Positions 30,875 through 40,664 of a stretch of DNA of 64,000 bases are shown one piece after another. The position numbers and the translations under genes are program-made. The notes beneath the pieces were generated by a model. That model did not search any database. It was not told the origin of the DNA and was given only the letters and a program-made list of their open reading frames with translations. The stretch's first letter is position 1; each line of letters starts with the position of its first letter. Source of the DNA: Carpediemonas membranifera BICM. Lineage: Eukaryota; Protista; Fornicata. Location: contig JAHDYR010000025.1 in the NCBI GenBank assembly GCA_019828565.1, forward strand, positions 806,001 through 870,000. The letters are read 5' to 3'.

Positions 30875-32641
30875 TTAAAGCTCGGCCCACGGGTCAAGGT
30901 CGACTGGGATGATCTCTGCCGACCATCTGGGTGCCTCGCACTCGACCAACTCGGCCACCCCATCTGACACCGTCTTCGCGTAAAACCACTGGCCGGTGGA
31001 GTTGCGGAATGAGAGGGTGTATCTGCCTCTTATCCTAACCTGTCTGCTGTCAAAAGCCGTCGCCTCAAAGGGCACGCTGTACTGTTTGTCACGGCTGTAC
31101 ATGTGAGTGCGGCCCTCAGTGACCCAGATAAGCTCATAGCCACAAAAGAATCCCTTGACTCTCTCTCGGAAGCGGAGCGGGGTGGCTGTGAGGCACTTGT
31201 CGCCCTCACTGTACCCAGACAGCAGGCCCGACTGGGCGATAGGACGGGGAACTTCGCCAGCGAAGAGCAGCTGGCGGTCGCTGAGGAAGACGTTGAAGTA
31301 ATCATTTGACATGATCCGGTCGACCCTGAATGGCAAGTCGACGAATCCAGACATATCATTCTCGTGACCAAGTCCCAGCTGGCCATACCAATTGACACCG
31401 CTGATCACCTGACGATCGCCCATGGAGAGGATGACAGTGTTCCATGCATGCATGATGTGATCTGGGACAAAGCCAGTAGGCACAGAGACTGGGTGGAAGA
31501 GGTGGCTGTTCTCCCGCTCGACTGGGCCGACATACCATGTTGAATCCGCACCCGCAACTATGCCGACCGGGGTGAGTATGAACGTCTGCCAGCCATCCAT
31601 CGACACATCGGTCACCATCCCATGCTTCTCCCAAGCGGGCAGGCTGGCCTCGAGCTCGGCGACCTTCGGGCAGGCGGGGAAGGTGAGGCGGGTCGGGTCG
31701 ACGAACCCAGACGACTGGAACCCCAGCTGGCCAAGTTCGCTATACCCCCAGCCCCACATGCCCTTGGGCGTCCTGGCGATGTGGGCGAGGTGACCATCAA
31801 ACTCGTGGCTGTAGACCTCGAGGGCCCTGGGCATCCTGGCCCTGGTGAGGGCGGTGTGCTTGGTAGTGTCGAACATGAAGAGTCGGCCCATGTACATGTG
31901 GTGGTGGTATCCACTCCAGCTGCACTGATATCTCTCACCGTCCTTCTCGGCGACGTTCAGCGTGAAGAAGAACTTGCGGCAGAGGAACCAGAGGCACTTG
32001 GCCTCGGGGGTGAGAGCCTTGCGGATCTTGTTATGCAAATCGGTTGCGTCTGGGTACATTGCTTGGGATCGTGTCAGCAAGCGGTCTTGTATATCTGGGT
32101 TGGCCCCCGCCTCGACGAGTAGGGCCCATATTGTACCCTGCAGGAGGGTGAAGATGCGCGGCGGGAGGTCCTCGCCGGGCGCCAGAGGGATGTTCATGCT
32201 CAGCTGGGGCCCGCGCGTGAGTATCGCCGTAACCCTGTTGACAAGGTCGATGGCGCTGCGATGGTGTAGGCCGAGGGCAGCGATCGCGCTGGCGACTTCA
32301 TCGGCCGTGGCTGGCTCGGCTTCGCCGTCATCGTCCGGGATGTCCTCGCCGAACTCGTGGGTGAAGGCGCTTCGCATGAGTGTGGGAATGTCGCCGGGAA
32401 TATTGGCACATTCGATTGGCATGCGGGAGTTAGCAGTGATAAAAGCGTCGCGCTGGATGTTTCTGCAGCTCATAGACATTGATGAGCGCATTGCGGCGAG
32501 ACGAGCGCGAGAAGCGTCCATTCTCGCGATTCGGGCGTCGATCTCCTCATCGAGAAGCATCGTGCCATTCAAACGAGCAATATCGGCATCAATATCGGAG
32601 ATGTGGACGTCCAGCCGCTGAAGAGCATCCTGAGCATCCAT
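30875..32641 (-). CDS. RCC1-like family copy 4 (intact, type-A N-terminus, 588 aa from MDAQDAL)
   Basis: Single ORF whose ATG at 32641 matches the copy-3 start. Motifs MWGWGYSELGQLGF and ISGVNWYGQLGLGH. Ends IPVDLDPWAEL*. Confidence 0.88.
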   Translation of the reverse strand: MDAQDALQRLDVHISDIDADIARLNGTMLLDEEIDARIARMDASRARLAAMRSSMSMSCRNIQRDAFITANSRMPIECANIPGDIPTLMRSAFTHEFGEDIPDDDGEAEPATADEVASAIAALGLHHRSAIDLVNRVTAILTRGPQLSMNIPLAPGEDLPPRIFTLLQGTIWALLVEAGANPDIQDRLLTRSQAMYPDATDLHNKIRKALTPEAKCLWFLCRKFFFTLNVAEKDGERYQCSWSGYHHHMYMGRLFMFDTTKHTALTRARMPRALEVYSHEFDGHLAHIARTPKGMWGWGYSELGQLGFQSSGFVDPTRLTFPACPKVAELEASLPAWEKHGMVTDVSMDGWQTFILTPVGIVAGADSTWYVGPVERENSHLFHPVSVPTGFVPDHIMHAWNTVILSMGDRQVISGVNWYGQLGLGHENDMSGFVDLPFRVDRIMSNDYFNVFLSDRQLLFAGEVPRPIAQSGLLSGYSEGDKCLTATPLRFRERVKGFFCGYELIWVTEGRTHMYSRDKQYSVPFEATAFDSRQVRIRGRYTLSFRNSTGQWFYAKTVSDGVAELVECEAPRWSAEIIPVDLDPWAEL

Positions 32642-32718
32642 CGTATTCAAAACCGACTCGCTTGCAGTCGCCCGACTTGGACCATCGCGATGGCCGCCCA
32701 GTTTGCGCCCCAGCGTAT

Positions 32719-32725
32719 GTTTACT
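32719..32725 (-). terminator. Putative polyadenylation signal AGTAAAC 5 nt after the lplA stop
   Basis: Recurring 3'-end motif, here independent of the stop codon (TAG). Confidence 0.55.
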
Positions 32726-32730
32726 TGCCC

Positions 32731-33782
32731 CTACAACGCGGCCCCGAACCACGTTCCAAGCTCCTCAGCCCACCCGTGCTGCTCTGCAGGCACAGTCGCC
32801 CTGAGTCGACCCACGAAGCCCGCCACGCCGGCCAAGCTCAGCTCCGCCCCCAGCAGCGCCTGCTCGGCAGCCTCAACAAAGGAGGGCACGAGGCAGTCGC
32901 TGAACATCCGCGCGCCAGTAACGACTCCACCGGTTGACTCGAACTGCATTGAGACAAGACCCCAGTCGAACTTGTGGTCCATAACGCGGCTAAACTTGGG
33001 CGTGTTACCGAACCTCCATGACCACGCGCTGAGCCTCCGGTACTCCTGCTCGATCTCAGGCACCGTCTTCATCACGTCCTCGTCGATCCACTCAATACCA
33101 CATGAGCCCCCGTGAGTCTCGAAGAACTGGTCAGTGAGGGCCTCGCACAGGCCGTCGTGGGTGATGGACGGGTTTTCCAGGTTGAGGTTAGTAACCCTTG
33201 CCTGTACTGAGGCGACGCCCTTGCTCTGCAGCTTGAGCGGGTGGGGCGTGAGGTATTTGCCCATGGAGGCGAACTCGACGTCGCGCATCATGGTGCCGTG
33301 GTGGAAACCGCGGTCGGGGGTGAGCTTATATGCCGCGCCTGAGACCTTCTTACCGTCCACAAGGATGTCGTTTCTGCCGCTCGTCTCGGCCTTGATTCCA
33401 TAACCACGACGGAGCGACTTCGTCACAATTTCAGAGTTAAGCTCCTTGTTGAACGCGTTCTTGTCCGATACGAATGTGAAGTTCGTGTTGCCCATGTCCT
33501 GGTACACGGCCCCGCCTCCAGACTGACGGCGGGCGAGGAACACGTCGTCGGCCTTCATCGCATCCACGTCTACTTCGGCCCAGGGGTTCTGGTGGACACC
33601 AATGACTACCTGCGTGAGCGGCAAGGGATGAAGGGTCAAACGGTTGGCTTCACTTGCCAGAGGAAGAGGGTTTCTTTCGCCACAAGGGAGGAGCTGCGGA
33701 GAAGCCAGTTCTCGGTAGCAAGGTTGAAGAACGGGTTGTGCGACATGGACCGGAGAACATGAACGGCCTTGTTTCCCGGCAT
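32731..33782 (-). CDS. lplA: Lipoate-protein ligase A, complement(join(32731..33609,33642..33782))
   Basis: NPFFNLATE...LFLWQVKPT|VVIGVHQNPW, LARRQSGGGAVYQDMGN, SGRND, KKVSGAAY, HHGT, KGVASVQARVTNL and W.W.FG are collinear with E. coli LplA, including the C-terminal domain. Confidence 0.93.
33610..33641 (-). other. Spliceosomal intron (32 nt) GTTTGA...GCTCACGCAG in lplA
   Basis: Removal fuses WQVKPT to VVIG, matching LplA WRNADTVVIG spacing, and removes an in-frame TGA. Confidence 0.88.
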
Positions 33783-34092
33783 ATTTGGATTATTCGAAGC
33801 TGGTCCTTCTTTTTCCGCAGATTCGAATGACTCAATCACGGGATAAGTCGATATTCGACCCCAACCCACGTAATACCAGAATACTCAGCAGTAATTTAAA
33901 GCTGTTCTCACGTTCACGCATTGATCATGTCTTGCCTGATCAAAATTGTGCAGTGGTGATTCCCGACATTTTGGCAGCAACCGAGCTCATAATACGCTAC
34001 ATGTCGCGCCCGACCCTCAGCTTAGTCATGCTGCCGTTTTTGCAAGTTTTAGAGTTCGGGCAGTTTTAGCCCCGAGAGCTCAGCGACAGCAC

Positions 34093-37000
34093 ATGAGCAG
34101 CAGCATGGTCTCAGGTGCAAATGCGATCTCTCATTCTTCGCAGGAAACTCAAGATGTATCTATAGAGCCCATTAGGAGCGTTGTAGAGTCTCTTTTCTAC
34201 AACTTTGATGCCAATACCTACCTGAAGCAAAGTATTGATGAAGACCAGCACAAAGGTTTCGGAGGACGTATTATCATCATTGGTGGTTCACACGAGTACA
34301 GCGGTGCGCCGTTTTTCGTCGCTGCCGCCGCATTGAATTGCGGAATCGACCTTCCGTTCATTCTGACGCCATCCTCGGCCGCAGCTGCTGCAATCAAGAG
34401 CTACTCCCCCGAACTGATTGTCCACTGCATCAGTGACGGGCTCCCAGTCGAGAAGATCGTGTCCCTGTGCCCTTCCGTCATCTCGATCGGCTCTGGTCTC
34501 GGCCGCGGCAACACAGCCGAGCGCTGGTTCAACTCAATCCTGACTTCGAATGACCTTGCCGACACCCCCATCATCGTGGACGCGGACGGGCTTCATTTCC
34601 TCGCCCACCGGGCCCGAGGCCGCAAGAGAGGCCTCCTCGTCCTCACGCCGAACGGGAACGAGCTCAACGTGCTCGCTCAGGCCGTGGCGAGCAAGGTGGA
34701 TAAGAACAAGTGCGGCATGGACGGCCAGCTCACTGGTACAGCCGCCGCAGTGGCCATTGCCAAGTTCTTCAACGCCGCGGTCTTCGTCAAGGGCCGCAAT
34801 GACGTAATCGTCGTCGGAGACGTCGCAACCCCCGTCCACCAGTCCCAGGCAGCTCTCCGCCGCTGCGGAGGCCAGGGTGACGTGCTTACTGGCGTGGTCG
34901 CCGCATGTACCTCCCGACTCACGAAGGCCGGCCAGCAGAGCAGGACCGCACTCGCCACCCAGCTCACACGCGCTGCAATCATCACCCGCGCTGCCGCCCA
35001 GGACGCTGCGACCCACTACGGCCTCGCCATGTCTGCCCGGGACATGCTCGACGCCCTCCGCACCCTAGTCGCCGCACACACGACCCAGCCCCAAGGTCCG
35101 GCCACATCCGACGAGGAGGCAGTCATCGTCCAGGTTCGCGGCCCCGGCGGCACGGTTGTCTTGCTCCCTTCTGGCCGCAAGGCGACCTTTGGCCCAGCCC
35201 ACCTCACTGGCCCCATGCCCTCCGTAGGCTCAATCATGGACGCAACGGTGGACTCCCGCGGCGAGCTCGAGCTGCTCACCCCCCGCCACGTACGCCCCGA
35301 CTCGCCAGCTGACCTCAGGTCCGTCTCTGACAGGTTCGGGGCGCTGGAGTTGAGGCCGTTCTCCGACTCCCTCGAGCACGTCGACCTGCCCGACAGCCTG
35401 CCGACGTTTGACCCGCTCGATTCTGACGACGCCGATGATATATTCGGGCACCACGAATCGTTCACCACCGCCGGCCAGACCCAGCTCCAACTCGCAGTCG
35501 ATAAGACGGCCAGCCACGCCCCGATCCCCGCACCCATCGCTCACTGCCTCTCGACTGAGGGCAGACGTCTCGTGGGTCGGGTTGAGTTCCTCCTCGACGG
35601 GGTCGGCCTCATTTCTGTGCCAACCCTGGACCCAGCCAAGTCGCCCCTGGTCATGAGCTCGCAGGTGATCGACTACAAGCTCCGCGACGGCGTGGGTATG
35701 TTCGCCGTGTTCAGCACGAAGTGGGCCTCCACTCCTGCCGGCCAGCGTGACCTTGCCCGCGGTGACATTGTTGAATTCACCGCCGTCCCCCGCTACTCAG
35801 GCTCGAGAGCTCCGGCCCTGCAGGACCAGGCGGACTGGCTCGAACCCCCTGCCCTCGTCCGCATGAGATCTGAGACGGGCGGTGACTACGTCGCTGGCTC
35901 TGGCACGGCTCCCGTGGCCGACTCTATCGTCATCAGGGTGAACGGCAAGGTCGGGAAGTGGGAGCAGAAGGCCGTGTACAGGGCTGGGGCGAGTTACTCG
36001 GGCCTTGTGTACACGTGGTACGACCGGGAGGGGTATGGCTTCATCAAGACTGACATCGGCCTCGAGGTTTATTTCAGGAGAGAGAACCTCGAGAACCACA
36101 TGACAGCACCCATGCGCGGTGACTACGTGCGACTCACTGGCCACTGGCTCGACGACAAGCCGCAGGCCCGCGAGGTTTGCGTGGTTGGCCACCGCACCGG
36201 CCATACGATCCAAGGCGTGGTCTGCGCGATCGCTCACCCGTTCATCCTCATCAAGCCCCTCGCCGTGCACGTAGCCCACCAGAGATGCGACAGCGCTGGC
36301 GAAGACGTCGCCGCTGCCCTCGATGACGTGTACTTCGCCCGCGTCCGCTCGATTGGCGCCACGGGTGACCTTCGAGTCGGGGCGACAGTCACGTTCGTCT
36401 CTGACCCCGACATCACCACGCATCTCAGGGCCCGCCATGTCCGTCTCTCAGAGAGCACCAGAGACACGCCGTCCACGGCACTCATCACTGCAACCCTGGG
36501 CGGCATCCACTGGCCGCAGCCGAGTGTGACTCGACTCCACCGTAGAGTCGTAGCGTCAGTCGACTCGGTTGACTCAACCCACAAGACATGCACGCTCTCG
36601 TACTACGGCGGCCAGGCTGTTACTGTGACTGTTCTCAACTCTGGCCAGGTGCCCCACACGAGCGCTGCCTCTCTCTCGGCCTTCCGCCAGCCCCGTGAGG
36701 GTGACCTGGTTGATGCCCCCGAGAGCCTCTGGGCACTCGATGCCCCTGCATCACTTGATGATGCCCCTGCCTTCCTGCTGCCCGGTGACGAAGCAATGAG
36801 TCTCCTCGTGGTTGACACGGAGGAGGTCGACGGCCTCACACTGACCTACACCATCTCCCAACCGTTCAAGCGCCCTAGATCCGACGGCCAACTCCGCCTT
36901 GCCCCGCCGCTCTCGTGCTTCGTGCTGCCCCCGTCCGCGGGGACCGACCTTGCACCCGGCGACCAGATCCACCTCACCCTGCGCCACTCGGGCCCCGACT

Positions 37001-37329
37001 CCTGCTTCACCGTGGCCACGCCGCGCCTGTTCACTGGCGTGTTCATAGCAGCGAACGGCACTGGCCAGCTGATCCCCACCGCAAGCTCGGAGGACATGAG
37101 CTCGCCGTACCGTAGCGACGTCCCTGTCGGCCTGCCGCCCCGCAGGCAGCACAGGCTGAACTCTGCCGTCGAGTATGTCTCGTCCAAGACGTCGGCTGAG
37201 CGGTCGTCCGGTATCTGGGGCATGGGCGCGATGAGCAGCGTCAGCGTGGGTAACAGTCCGGCAGCCGATATTCGGCGGCTGCAGCACGCGATGTATGGGG
37301 GTATGGGTGACGTTAGAATGTTAGACTAA
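34093..37329 (+). CDS. NAXD: ATP/ADP-dependent NAD(P)H-hydrate dehydratase (YjeF-C/NAXD) fused to C-terminal cold-shock/OB-fold-like domains
   Basis: HKGFGGRIIIIGGSHEYSGAPFF, IKSYSPELIVH, GSGLGR, IVDADGL, LTPNGNE, VKGRND and RRCGGQGDVLTG. Downstream GLVYTWYDREGYGFIKTDIGLEVYF carries CSD RNP1/RNP2-like motifs, and GDIVEF/GATVTF OB-like strands recur. First ATG is at 34093. Confidence 0.85.
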   Translation: MSSSMVSGANAISHSSQETQDVSIEPIRSVVESLFYNFDANTYLKQSIDEDQHKGFGGRIIIIGGSHEYSGAPFFVAAAALNCGIDLPFILTPSSAAAAAIKSYSPELIVHCISDGLPVEKIVSLCPSVISIGSGLGRGNTAERWFNSILTSNDLADTPIIVDADGLHFLAHRARGRKRGLLVLTPNGNELNVLAQAVASKVDKNKCGMDGQLTGTAAAVAIAKFFNAAVFVKGRNDVIVVGDVATPVHQSQAALRRCGGQGDVLTGVVAACTSRLTKAGQQSRTALATQLTRAAIITRAAAQDAATHYGLAMSARDMLDALRTLVAAHTTQPQGPATSDEEAVIVQVRGPGGTVVLLPSGRKATFGPAHLTGPMPSVGSIMDATVDSRGELELLTPRHVRPDSPADLRSVSDRFGALELRPFSDSLEHVDLPDSLPTFDPLDSDDADDIFGHHESFTTAGQTQLQLAVDKTASHAPIPAPIAHCLSTEGRRLVGRVEFLLDGVGLISVPTLDPAKSPLVMSSQVIDYKLRDGVGMFAVFSTKWASTPAGQRDLARGDIVEFTAVPRYSGSRAPALQDQADWLEPPALVRMRSETGGDYVAGSGTAPVADSIVIRVNGKVGKWEQKAVYRAGASYSGLVYTWYDREGYGFIKTDIGLEVYFRRENLENHMTAPMRGDYVRLTGHWLDDKPQAREVCVVGHRTGHTIQGVVCAIAHPFILIKPLAVHVAHQRCDSAGEDVAAALDDVYFARVRSIGATGDLRVGATVTFVSDPDITTHLRARHVRLSESTRDTPSTALITATLGGIHWPQPSVTRLHRRVVASVDSVDSTHKTCTLSYYGGQAVTVTVLNSGQVPHTSAASLSAFRQPREGDLVDAPESLWALDAPASLDDAPAFLLPGDEAMSLLVVDTEEVDGLTLTYTISQPFKRPRSDGQLRLAPPLSCFVLPPSAGTDLAPGDQIHLTLRHSGPDSCFTVATPRLFTGVFIAANGTGQLIPTASSEDMSSPYRSDVPVGLPPRRQHRLNSAVEYVSSKTSAERSSGIWGMGAMSSVSVGNSPAADIRRLQHAMYGGMGDVRMLD

Positions 37330-37433
37330 GTGCGGTTGGTATCATAAAGCCGAGTGAGAGGGAGCTGTGTCAAGGATATTTACCGACTTGCATCAAAGAG
37401 GGGTATGCCATGGGTGGCCATCATTTACTCCAT

Positions 37434-39104
37434 TTACTGCTCGGCCCACGGGTCGACGTCGACTGGGGTGATTTCCCAGAAAAGTGGTTCAAAAAATGCC
37501 TTACGCTTGACCATCTTAGCCACCCCACCTGACACTTTCTTCACGTCAAACCACTTGCCGCTGGAGTGACGGTATGAACGGGCGCTTATGATTTCTAAAC
37601 AGTCGGCCTCAAAGGGTACACAGTACTGCTTGTCGCTATCGCACAGGTGGGTCTGGCCCTCAGTGACCCAGACAAGAGTCGACTCTTGGCAATAGAATCC
37701 CTTGACCCTCTCTGGGAAGCGGAGCGGGGTGCCTGTGAGACACACGTCATCTTCTCTGTACCCAGGCAGCAGGCCCGACTGGGCGATATGAGGGAGAACT
37801 TGGCCGGCGAACAGCAGCTGGCGGCCGCTGAGGAAGACATTGAAGTAACAGCCTGGCATGATCCGGTCGACCCTGAATGTCGGCTCCTCGAAGCCAGTCA
37901 TCTCGTTCTCGTGCCCGAGTCCCAGCCGGCCACAGAAGTTCCATCCGCTGATCATTCGTCGATCGCCCATGGAGAGTATTACATTATTACCATTATAATC
38001 TGCTATATGATCTGGGATAAAGTCAGACGGCATAACAACTGGGTGAAAGCCATCTCGGTTTTCCTCCTCGACTGGGCCTACAAACGGCATCAGAAGATCC
38101 CAGAACCACCCATAGCCAGCCATGACAGTGCCGACTGGTGTGCGTATGAACGTCCGTTTGCCTTTTGTCATCCCTTTGTCCACAATCAACGCATCAGTCA
38201 CCATCCTGTGCTTCTCCCAAGGGGGCAGGCTGGCCTCGAGCTCGGCGACCTTGGGGCAGTTGGGGAAGGTGAGGCGGGTCGGGTCGACGAACCCAGATGA
38301 CTTGAACCCCAGCTGGCTATATTCGTTGTAGCCCCAGCCCCACAGACCCTTGGGCGTCCTGGCGATGTGGGTGTACCTGTCGCTGTAGACCTCGAGGGCC
38401 CGGGGCATCCTGGCCCTGGTGAGGGCGGTGTGCTTGGTAGTGTCGAGCATGAAGAGTCGGCCCATGTACATGTGGTGGTGGTAGTATCCACTACAGCTGC
38501 ACTGATATCTCTCACCGTCCTTCTCGGCGACGTTCAGCGTGAAGAAGAACTTGCGGCAGAGGAACCAGAGGCACTTGGCCTCGGGGGCGAGAGCCTTGCG
38601 GATCTTGTTATGCAAATCGGTTGCGTCTGGCCACTTCTCTCGAGCCTCGTCCAGCACCCTGTCCTCGAGGTCGGGGTTGGCCCCGCCACCCACCAGACAC
38701 GCCCACACCGCGCCCTGGTTCAGCGTGTGCATGGCGACCGGGAGCTCCTCGCCGTCCGCGAGCTCGACGTTCATGGACAGCGGGGGGCCGCTGGTGAGGA
38801 TCGAGCGGGCGCGGTCGAGGAGGGCTTGCGCGGATGGTTCGAGAAGGTGGATCTCTGAGAGCGCGGCGAGGAGGGATTCGAGATCCTGGCCATCTTGCGG
38901 CGCGTCTGTGGTTGTATGACTGCGGATAAACCTCCTGAATGCGTTCAGCATCCGAGATAAGAGCGGCATTTGCTCGTCGAAGTGACGCTGGTACGCGCAG
39001 GCAATGAGCGAGGGGATGTCGCCTGCAATGCTGCTCGTGGCCGTTATTGAGAGCCGATGGGCCGCGATCAGCGCCTTTCGCGTCTTCTTGTCTCCATTGC
39101 TCAT
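37434..39104 (-). CDS. RCC1-like family copy 5 (intact, type-C N-terminus, 556 aa from MSNGDKK)
   Basis: Single ORF with LWGWGYNEYSQLGF and ISGWNFCGRLGLGH. Ends ITPVDVDPWAEQ*. Confidence 0.88.
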   Translation of the reverse strand: MSNGDKKTRKALIAAHRLSITATSSIAGDIPSLIACAYQRHFDEQMPLLSRMLNAFRRFIRSHTTTDAPQDGQDLESLLAALSEIHLLEPSAQALLDRARSILTSGPPLSMNVELADGEELPVAMHTLNQGAVWACLVGGGANPDLEDRVLDEAREKWPDATDLHNKIRKALAPEAKCLWFLCRKFFFTLNVAEKDGERYQCSCSGYYHHHMYMGRLFMLDTTKHTALTRARMPRALEVYSDRYTHIARTPKGLWGWGYNEYSQLGFKSSGFVDPTRLTFPNCPKVAELEASLPPWEKHRMVTDALIVDKGMTKGKRTFIRTPVGTVMAGYGWFWDLLMPFVGPVEEENRDGFHPVVMPSDFIPDHIADYNGNNVILSMGDRRMISGWNFCGRLGLGHENEMTGFEEPTFRVDRIMPGCYFNVFLSGRQLLFAGQVLPHIAQSGLLPGYREDDVCLTGTPLRFPERVKGFYCQESTLVWVTEGQTHLCDSDKQYCVPFEADCLEIISARSYRHSSGKWFDVKKVSGGVAKMVKRKAFFEPLFWEITPVDVDPWAEQ

Positions 39105-40014
39105 GTCGTTCGTTGCCAAGCAACTCCAGCGAGTCGGACACGCGCCCCGCAGTGCCCATGCCCCAGGCCTCATGGCCAGCAGGGAAGCTGTGCCCCGGCC
39201 CGAGACAGTAGCCTTGGCACAGTCACCCGGCAAGGCAGCACCGTGGCCGAAAGGAGACGAATCCGTCGGGGCGATGGTTGTTCTTATCTTTGCCTGGGCC
39301 GACAGGCTCACTCAACATGTAGGTCAGGCTGTGACTGGTTGGGATTGCTGCGAATGCCCCAAACTGGCCACTGGTGGATTGAATGCCTTGCAAGTCTCGG
39401 CAGGACACTACGTGGACATGCGGGAGCAACCCTGGTCAAGCACCGTCAGCCACCTCTGACGTGAGTCGACGCGCCGACCTTCGTCACACAGCCGGAGTCC
39501 ACGGCTGGGCTATACTTGGTGCTAGTGACCGAGAGATTCGGGCTCCGCGGCCGAAATGTCAACGAAACCATCTCAACATCCAAATCACAAGATTAAATCC
39601 AGAATATTTAAGGCGAAGAAACCACACAAATGGGCTTGAACCAAAGCACTATCGTTGTTGCTGATTACGAGAACTTTGAGGAAGTTCCTCAGGAGGCTAC
39701 TATAGATCGTCGCGGCCGGCACGGTCGTGGCAGCCACAGTTGCGGCCACCACTAAAACACTGGCTGTATAAAGCAACTTGGAACGAGAAGAATGCTGTTT
39801 GGAAGATGTATTACTCAATATACACCTGTCAATGTTGGATTTGTGCCTGTTGGCTTTGTGAGTATTGAGAGGTCAGCAGATTCGTGCTCGACAACATAGC
39901 ATAGCGTATTTTCAAAGGACAGGCTCAAACAGGCTGCCGAGTGCCTGCATATCAGTACGAGAACGCATGTGGAGACCCACCACAATGCTTGTGGTGTGGA
40001 ATATCGGAGATCGC

Positions 40015-40488
40015 ATGAAGCAAATGAGTGGTGAAAAGCTGAATGTCCTCTTCCTCTGCACGGGCAATTCATGCCGCAGCCAAATGGCAGAAGGACTAGC
40101 AAATCGCATCAATGGAAGCACTATTAGCGCTTTCTCTGCAGGGATCGAGACTCATGGGCTGAATCCCAACGCTGTGGCCGTGATGGCCGAGCTTGGCATC
40201 GATATCTCCACCAATCGCTCCAAGAACATCGCCGAGTTCATGTCGTCTTCATCCAGCTTCCCGCCAATCGATGTCGTCGTCACCGTCTGCGGCCATGCCC
40301 ATGAAACCTGCCCCCGCTTCCCTGCAGACTGCCGTGTAGTCCACGCCGGCTTCAAAGATCCACCGCGCATGGCTCGGGAAGTGGCAGCCCGTGGTGGCGG
40401 TGAGGAGGAGCAGCTGGCATGTTATCGGGCAGTGAGAGATGAGATCAGGACCTTTGTGGAAGGCATGCCCCAGGTCCTGGTGGTTTGA
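40015..40488 (+). CDS. arsC: Thioredoxin-coupled arsenate reductase (LMW-PTPase fold)
   Basis: P-loop VLFLCTGNSCRSQMAEG, SAGIETHGLNPNAV, resolving pair VVTVCGHAHETCP (C-x6-C), DP motif and YRAVRDEI. Intronless. Start is 40015 or 40024. Confidence 0.9.
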   Translation: MKQMSGEKLNVLFLCTGNSCRSQMAEGLANRINGSTISAFSAGIETHGLNPNAVAVMAELGIDISTNRSKNIAEFMSSSSSFPPIDVVVTVCGHAHETCPRFPADCRVVHAGFKDPPRMAREVAARGGGEEEQLACYRAVRDEIRTFVEGMPQVLVV

Positions 40489-40664
40489 TATGCTTCTTCG
40501 TGTTTTCACTGCAGTTCAGCACCTTGCCAGCGCTCTTTTCGTGTCGTAAAAGGTACTTATTGACTTAAATGAGGTCTCATACATGGGGCCAAGGGGCAAG
40601 AGCGCGACCGAGGCTAGGATCCAAGACGTCTGTGCGTTAGCCGCTGCTCACATCTCCCTGCCGA

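Noticed and set aside
39461-39491. Intron-like string GTGAGT...GTCACACAG (31 nt) upstream of arsC
   Set aside because: Splicing it gives no convincing ORF in any frame. It may be a relic or UTR intron, but this is unsupported.
39585-39818. 77-aa hydrophobic ORF between copy 5 and arsC
   Set aside because: It has a non-ATG start, lies in AT-richer intergenic-like sequence and has no supporting motif.
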